A DNA stretch of 64,000 bases from Geosiphon pyriformis uo1. Its lineage: Eukaryota; Fungi; Glomeromycota. Within the stretch, counting starts at the first letter, position 1. Every line of letters starts with the position of its first letter. The notes beneath the pieces were generated by a model that saw only the letters and a program-made list of their open reading frames with translations, had not been told where the DNA came from and did not search any database. A program made the translations under genes and the position numbers. Shown here one piece after another: positions 56,301 to 64,000 of the stretch. The stretch covers positions 29,008 through 93,007 of the forward strand of contig JAAOMT010000603.1 in NCBI GenBank assembly GCA_016748015.1, given 5' to 3'.

Positions 56301-59300
56301 ACTTTTTCTAAAATTGATAAAGCATATTGGCAGGTTTGATTGCAGACTCCTCCTCTCATTGCTACATCAATCCAATTGCATTCTTCTGGTAGCATATCTC
56401 CACAAGTCAAACAAGAGGTGTTGTCCCATTTTCCACTTCTTTTTATTATATGGCCCCATCATTCTCTGTAGCAAGCCTTGCAGTAATAACAAGTATGATT
56501 TTTATATTTTTCTTTAGGTGAAATGCAGACTCCCATTGATGAAAGTTTTTTGTTATAATCTCTGCATTTAAGTAGAATGTAGAGTGATTGTTTTTGTGGT
56601 TCTGATGTAAAATATCTAACTTTCTTCCATTCTCTTAATTCTTCAAAGATTTCTTGTTCTGTTTCTTCAGCCCAATTGGATATTGATCCAAGAGCCATGT
56701 AGGTTTCAGTGAGTGGCATTTTTTTTTCTTCTTCAAATTCAAGTACTGGGGCTTTCTCTGATTGTTTGTTGAATGTACCACAAGTAGCGGGTACTCGGGC
56801 ATGTTGTTTTTAATAGGAGAGTTGTAACTCTTGGGTTTCTCAGTCTAATTTTGCATTGGCTTTTTGGAGCCAATCATTTCTGACAAGGGCTTAATACTGG
56901 GGTGCATTCATTACAAAAACTTTGACTGGAATAGTAATTCCATCAAGAGTGAATAGAAAATTGTCAATTTCTCCTACTGGAGTTTTTTTCATGCCATTGG
57001 CAGTGACAATTACTGTTTGAGCTGGTCAGTCAACATTTTTTTTTAACTGTTGTATCAACTGGTAAGTAATAATACTTCCAGCAGATCCATTATCTAAGAT
57101 TAATTAAATTGGCTTTCCTTCTACTTCAGCTTCTGTGTACATTACAGTTATGGTTTTTTGCTCATTAGCTGCTGCATTGCTAAGCAAGAATGGTGATTCA
57201 TTTGCTTTAAATTTGAAAGGAAAAATATCAGAGAGATTGGCATTTTTGGCAATTCTGGCTGGTGGGATAGTGGTATGGTTTTGAGAAGGGTTTTGTTGTT
57301 GTGCTGCAACTCTACCTTCCGAGAGTGCAGTATGGTGAAAATTCTGTTCTTTTGGTATTGTAAGATAACTGGGTTGAGTATTATAGTGGTTGGGTCTTAG
57401 TTGAGTTAAATTCCAAAGAACCAATTAGTTGTTCGAATTGATTCTGTTGTTGTTTACTTGGTATTGGTTTTGTGGTGTGAATTGATTTTGCTGAATCATT
57501 TTTCAAACAGGTACTTAATAATGTTGGATGGGTGGTTGTTGGTATTGCTGTTGAATTGGCTGTGGAGCAGATTAATAATAGTTACTTTGGTATTGGGCTC
57601 TTGGTAGATAGTAAGCTGGTGGTGGAGGTTGATAATAAAACTGCTGTAGTAGAGAGTAATATTAATTACTCCTATTTTGTTGGTCTCATTGTAGCTTTCT
57701 GCAGTCTCTTTTCCAGTGGCCAGGAATTCCACAGTAATGGCAATTTTGAGACTGGTTATTAGAGAATAATGTAAAGTTGTTTTGATTTCGTTGTTGGAGT
57801 GGCTGATATCTTTGGGGTTGCTGTTGTTATTGGTTGGTAAAATAGTTTTTGACTTTCTTTGTAAGTTGGTCGATTTTTTCTTCAGCTGCTAAGCTGGTTT
57901 CTCCAATGGCCAAGTTTACAAGTTTGGTGCGATTGGCCTCTTTTATGGCCATTTTGTATCTCTTTGCATGCTGTATGGCAGAGTTTAAATCTTCTGGGAC
58001 ATATGGGCAAACTTTTTTAATTAGTTTATCCTTTAGACCAGCAATAAATTAATCTAAGATTTGGGCATCAGAATAATAATCATTAGTTTCAAGTTGGCAA
58101 ATTCATCTGAGAAGTTTGTTGAATTTCCCAATATAAGTTATGACAGATTCAGAGAGTTCTTGTTTGATATTGCAAAAATAATTTCGAAGTGTAATTGAGG
58201 TGTTGTTATCAGTAAATTGTTCTAAGAAGGCAGTTTTGAAAACTGTCCAGTCATCAAAAAGGGTGGTCAAGTTTTCGAACCATTTGCCTGCTGTTCCTTT
58301 GAGAAAGTAAGGAATTGTTCTTAACATTCTGGCAGCATTCCATCCATTTGCATCTCCAGCTTTGATCACTTGGTCGAGCCATTCTTGAGGACTGGTCTCA
58401 ATATTTTCTCCATTAAATTCAGGGATTTTTGTGATGTATGCTGTTATTTTGTTTTCATTTTCTGAGTCTTCTGTTTCTTGTTCTGATTCAGTCTCTTCAC
58501 TTCGATTTTCTGCTAAGTAGTCAATAAGGTTTGTGCTGGTTAATATTGGTTTTTGTTGTTGAATAGGGCTTTTGGGTGACTGAAGATCTTCTATTCTTGA
58601 AAACCAAATAAGTGGTAAGCTTGGTATTTGCAGTTGGACAAGTAAAACTGGAAATGGTGTGATTAAGAGTGGTAATTTAAAGCTGGTTTCTTGTTTTGGA
58701 GTTTGTAAATGTTTGGCAGTGGTTTTAAGTGTATTGGAAGTAGTTCTGAGTTTTTGTTTCCTTTTTCCTTTTCCTTCTTCTGTTTCCATTCAAAACTAAA
58801 AAAAAATTTCTGTTCTACTGAGTAATTCTCTTCACAATACTGAATGATATTGAAGTTGAGTTCTTGGAAGTATGTTTCAAGTGTTTGACTGTTAAAATTC
58901 TGAGTGTTTAGACAAGAGTGATGTACTAAGCTTTCATATAAGTTGTGTCTAACTTCTGAAATGTTGTAGTCTTCAAGAAGATAATTGTTGATGCAATTTT
59001 CAATGTACTGGTAAAGTGTTTTCTTGAATGTTTCAATTCCGTCTGAGATGTCAAATCTCTGCTTGCAGGGGGTGTAGATTGACTGATAATACTCTAGAGT
59101 TCTTGAATCTGTTTGAGTCGCCACTTTTGAAGTTGTTGTCACTGTGTTATTTCTGTGAAAGAGCACCAAATATTACTGGAGGTTTTTGGTCTTTTCTTAG
59201 CTCTTGTATGTTTGTTGTAATACTGTTAATTCGTGATTATGGAAAGTGTTTGAACTTCCAATAACTGAATTTTTATTCTTTTGAATTATCTCTTATAATT

Positions 59301-60144
59301 CAAATTGCTGGGCTTATAGTGAAATGGCCAATTCCGTGCCAGTTACTTGTATAGTTACATTGTAGTAAATGTCAACTCTTTTCCAGGAATTGCTTGTCTG
59401 GAAGCTCACTAAAAATATGTAGTTACTTTGCTATGAAAGTTAACTCTTCTACAGGAATCTTGTCTGTAGGCTACTCTAATGATTGTAATAAGAAAAGAAA
59501 AATAAAAATAAAAGAAATGTAAAAGAAATAGGATTTTCTCAAGGGAAACATTTTTTATCCAGGCCTGAAGTCACTAACAGTTTACTGAAATTGGTAGCTA
59601 ATTAATTTCGAAATGTTAGTTGGGTTTTGGGGATTTTCTAAGTACAATAATTAAAGAATTTGGTTTTTTTGAATTATTTGATATTTATTTTTTTTTGTGT
59701 GTATAGGAACGGTTTTAAGAGATAAATCTAAAGTAAGATATATTTTCTCGAAAAAAAAAGCTCTTCTTTTATACAACTTGTCATAACACTATTTTATGAA
59801 CTTGAACTTTGCTATTTTCTACAATTTCACTGAACTAAAGATATATTTTGGCGAACTACAAGTTATTTCTATGAACTATTAAATATTTCGGTGAACTATC
59901 AATTATTTTAGTGAATTTTTATAAATTTCGGTGAACTCTTAAATGTTACATAGTTCGGAGTATTGCATGATTGATCATCGCAATTAGGTTACATTTATGT
60001 TATGTACAAATTGGGTTATTAATTAAATAATAATTTTGGATATTTTGCTAAATGTAATAAGTGATAATTTGAAATACTAATTAATGATAAGAATTATAAG
60101 GGTAATTTCATGCTAAGCAATATCTCTAATTTTGTCTGGTAACA
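50348..60144 (-). mobile_element. Full-length Ty3/Gypsy element B (LTRs 50348-51318 and 59171-60144) with dUTPase and extra 3' ORF; pseudogenised
   Basis: Paired LTRs; perfect TSD TCGT/TCGT; PBS TGGTGCTCTTTC; PPT AAGGAAGAGGTTA; gag ITKIPEFNGE...WFENL; protease LILDNGS; dUTPase DAGYNL, IIDVGYTE, KSFGSIG; RT VYLNDT; integrase HHCC, DYLTKW, KWNGPF. Confidence 0.95.
51287..52006 (-). CDS. Element B extra 3' ORF (ORF3), 239 aa, uninterrupted, unknown function
   Basis: Starts 124 bp after the integrase stop at 52130, same sense as pol, reads through the PPT into the 3' LTR; homologous ORFs in elements C and D. Confidence 0.8.
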   Translation of the reverse strand: MTIFQNIQQLSQKLMLALKTISELSITVTGNHINYIQTEVVTNLAPNLQKYYLYKKNTRNYSGIHLPELLKLALRENLMLTPINIPPNATIQQKLQLCLNEENYDYTLIYKYFYIGKTPHKQKWELTAANLTKKAIWKQLHNKFKTTAGPTNSHYKLKAALRLYDLFYTCENVLQNPILQPLKIQYIGKLTELEFQRFSDQISLIILDYYLEITDSTWTSMKLSFKEEVMLPDKIRDIA

Positions 60145-63100
60145 TCGTTCATAAAGTGTTTTTCCAATATAAAAATATCTATATATAAAAGTATGTTCAT
60201 TGTTCTGTTCATTAAGAAATAGTAGAAGTTTTTGTTGTATTGTGGCATTTGGTGGAATGTCAATAGGAGCAAACAAAAGATTTTCTTTTAGTGCTTGCTT
60301 CAAAAGTTTTGGTAATTGATTTTCAGAGTAACTTTTTGTTTTTTTTCTATAGAAGTGATAGTTCTAAGAATTATTTACTACTGGGACTGTGGTTTTTTTC
60401 TGAATATAATTAATTTGACTTCTATTGATTGTTATGGATAAGTCAGGAAGTGTTTTCAAAGCTAACATTAATTTTTGGGATATTTGTTAAATATTTCGAG
60501 GAATAATTATGATAAAAATGACTAATTAATAAACAAAATTTGAAAAAAAATAAAAAAATTTATTTTTGGATATAGGGTTTTTATTTGTTTTTGGGTTTGA
60601 ATGTTTCTTCTAATTATTTATTATTTTTAATTATGTTTTGTGTATTTTAAAAGAGTTTGTGAAAAATGTTAAATTAAGTGTTCAAGTTTGGTTGTTGTTC
60701 TATTATAATTACTGGTTCTAAATTTTGGAAAATATCTTTAGGATTAATTAAAGAGGAATGTGTACCAATTTGTGAAATTAATGATTCAAGATTGTTTCTG
60801 AAATGATAGTGTTTCAATCTATCTCCATGTGCAACTTTTGCTAGTATTTTGTTATCAAGTCTTAACTTGTATGATCTATTGCCTAAAATTTCATAGATAT
60901 AAAATAGTCTATCCTATTTAGGCTCAAATTTTCCACTTTATTGTTTTTTAGCCTTAGTTCTGTGTAAGAAAACTTTATTTCCAACTTTAAATTCGTTGGT
61001 AACTGGTGGCAGTTTGTTGTCATGCCTTTCTTTTTGTTGAACTTGAGAGTGTTTAATATGAGTGGCTGCTATGTGTTTCTTTTCTTTCAATATACTAAGG
61101 AGAGTGTAGGTTTTTCTTTGGAATGTTTTTTGGAAGTTTTCTTTATTAATTGGTTGTACTGAATATGTTTTTACTGTGAAATTAATTGGTAGTGTTGCTG
61201 TCCTTCCATAAATAAGATCAAATGGTGTGTTTCATAGTATCTTGTTTTAGTGTTCTGTATGCTAGTAATACTGATAGAATAAAGATATCCCATTTCTGCT
61301 CAAAATCTGTTGAAACTTTGGCTAAAAATTCACACAATGTTTTGTTAAAACATTCTACAAGTTTATTTGTTTGGGAGTGATAAGGTGATAATAAAGATCT
61401 TTTGACATTGAATTGTTCACAAATTTCTTGTATCAAATTGTTCACAAAATATGTTCCTTGATCAGATAAGAGTTCAATTGAATATCCATGTCTACAAATA
61501 ATGTCTTCATAGATGAAATTTGCTACTGATTTTGCATCTGCTCTTTGGATGGCTCTAGTTTTAAGCCATTTGGTAAAATAATCTATTGCAACTGCAATAT
61601 AATGATTTCCTTGAATTGTAATAGGTAATGGTCCGACTAAATCAATTCCAACTCTGTCAAAAGATTGTTCAACTTTAATTGGATTTAAAAAGTAAGTTCC
61701 TCTTCTTTTTTGACAACTATCACAAGATTCTACATATTGTCAAATGTCTTTTTACATGTTGGGCCAAAAATAATGTTCAAAAGTTCTTTGAATTGTTTTA
61801 TTTCTTCTCAAGTGTGCTAAAAATGAATCTGTGTATATGTTGTATAGGATTGTTTCTTTTTCAGTTTCCTGTATTAGTCTGAGTGGTTGGTTTGGGTTTC
61901 TATGATTTTTGTAATAGATTTTGTTATGATGTATGAAATATTGTTTGAATTGGTGTTGTAGTCAATGTTTTTTACTTGGAGACCAATTTTCTGGCATGGT
62001 GAGAGTCTCCAAATAGTTTTTAAGATTGTTGTAATTTCTGGAATCCATTGTTGTTTGGTTATTTTGTTGGTAAGTTGGTAAGTTGTGGTGGATTTGTTGT
62101 TGGTATTAATTTTGTCTCATTTTTGAGAGACTATTAACATTGGTGTGTAGTTTTTCTAGTTTGTGGTGTACAATATATTTGTAGTCTGCTAGGAAATCAT
62201 TCTATCGAGACTGTTTGGCACTTTGTTCAGTTTTCTTTTTATTGAGTCATTTGAGACCAATATTGTCAGTTATAATATCAAATTCTTTTCTATTCTTCAA
62301 GTATTATTGAAAATGTTTGAGAACCCAAATAACTGCAATGGCTTCTAATTTGGTTAAGCCATATTTGAGTTCTGTTGGTTTGAGTGTTCTGTTGGCATAA
62401 GCAATGACTTGTTCTTGGCCATTTTCATCCAATTGTGATAAGATAGCACCAAATGCTATATGTGAAGCATTAATGGCTAGTTGGAACCATTTGTTGAAGT
62501 TTGGATAAGCAAGAACTGAAGCTGTTGTTAATTTTGTTTTGAAGATATTAAAGGCTTTCTGTTATTCTTTAGTCCATTGATATGGCATGTTTTTGTTGAT
62601 AAAATAATTGAGTGGTTTGGCAATCTCTGAGAATTTTTTTATAAATTTCCAATAGTAGAAGGCTAATCTTACAAATCCTTGTAGTTCTGTGGTATTTCTG
62701 GATATTTGAAAGTTTTTGACAGCATTGATTGTTCTAGGATTTGGTTGGACTTCATCTTTGCTAACAATGTGTCCAAGAAAGATTAAACTTGTTTTTCTAA
62801 AGTGACATTTCTCAATGTTTAACTTTAATTCTGCTTTTCATAATTATTGAAAAACTTCTCCCAGATAAATAAGATGGGCTTTAAAGCTTGATGAGTATAC
62901 ATCAGTGTTATTAAGATAGACAACTACTGATTGCCATAAGAGTCCTTCATATACAACATTTATGAATTGTTAAAATGTTGCTGGTACATTGCAGAATTTA
63001 AAAGGCATAACATTGAACTCATAGTTTCCTCCTTGGGTGGTAAATGCTGTTTTAGGTCTATCTTTTGGGTTCATTTCGACTTGCCAGTATCTACTTTCCA

Positions 63101-64000
63101 AGTCTAAAGTTGAGAAGAACTTGGCTTTTCCTAAAGCATTTAATATGTCATCAATTCTTGGAAAAGGATAGGCATCTCCAATTGTGACACTATTCAATTG
63201 TCAATAGTCAACACAAAATCTGATTTTTTTTTTTTGACAAGAACTACTAGTAAGGCCCAAGAACTTCTTGATGGTTGAATCAATTCATTATTAAGCATTC
63301 TTTGGGCCTCCTCTCTAATAAATTGGTGGCTAGCAGATGGAACTTGATAGACTTGTTGTCATTTTGGTGGAGCATCTTTTGTGTGGATCTGATGTTGAAC
63401 AATATCAGTTTTTTCAAGGTCATTGTTGTCTTTTGCAAATAAATCTGCAAATTCAGCTATTAGCTGTTTCAATTGTCTTTGTTGTTGAGATTCGAAGGGA
63501 CCTATGTTGATTTGAAAGAGTTTTTCTTCCAAAAGGTGGTAGTTTTCTATAGTAAGAATGATGTTTGGATTTGGAAATAGTGTATGTCTTACAATTTCGA
63601 TGAAATTAGAGACAATTTGAGGGTTTTTATCTTGAAAGATATTACTATGTATTATTTCAATCTCTAATTTGTTCAATAAGACAATAGGGTAATTATTAGG
63701 ATTATAGAATGTAACTCAAAATTTTTCCATTCCTTTGGGAATATAAACATTTGGGATTAATATTTCATGCTTCAAACAGATTTATTCATTGGATTCAAAG
63801 ATTTGTTGGATAATGGTGGGTTTTGAGCAAGTGTAAATTTTGTGATATTCACTAAAAGATGAAATGGTAATTGGTTGAGAAAGTTGAAGAATCTGGTAAG
63901 ATTCATTCTGTGTATTGAGAGCTATGTTTATTGGAACTGTACATTATTCAGTTGAACCAAAACCTTGTATTCCTCTTTTACTTTTTCCCAATTGTTTTCT

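Larger units (their letters stand above)
49049..64000 (-). mobile_element. Ty3/Gypsy element C (3' LTR 49049-50021, family A); internal part 50022-50347 plus 60149 to >64000; interrupted by element B; 5' end beyond the window
   Basis: PPT GAGAAGGAGATTA abuts the LTR at 50022; ORF3 is continuous across the B insertion; integrase, RNase H, RT (DAYPFPRIDD, MPFKF, VYLNNT) and dUTPase motif 5 (RGIQGFGST, ~63950-63980). Confidence 0.9.

Overview
Eukaryotic, AT-rich, intron-dense fungal DNA. An early-diverging fungus, probably Glomeromycotina/Mucoromycota, is inferred from gene content, minor-spliceosome introns and TE types. The window has two compartments. (1) About 1.3-23.2 kb is a compact island of seven spliced genes: a Polo kinase, a small basic protein, ALG2, a CLC chloride/proton transporter, a BORCS8-like protein, EDC4/Ge-1, and an Rsc7/Swp82-domain + polyQ + multi-PHD protein. 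It contains two AT-AC (U12-type) introns and three GC-AG introns. (2) About 24-64 kb is a nested retroelement stack that can be reconstructed from LTR termini, PBS/PPT and 4-bp TSDs. An RNase H-bearing LINE hosts two solo LTRs and Ty3/Gypsy element E. E hosts a solo LTR that contains full-length element D, a 1.4-kb LTR-like insertion, and element C, which in turn contains full-length element B. The Gypsy elements share an unusual layout: gag - protease - ~200-aa Cys-rich domain of unknown family - dUTPase - RT - RNase H - integrase - an extra same-sense ORF in the env position. All copies are decayed by C:G to T:A transitions. Exon and domain limits were read by eye and family calls rest on motif recognition, not database searches.
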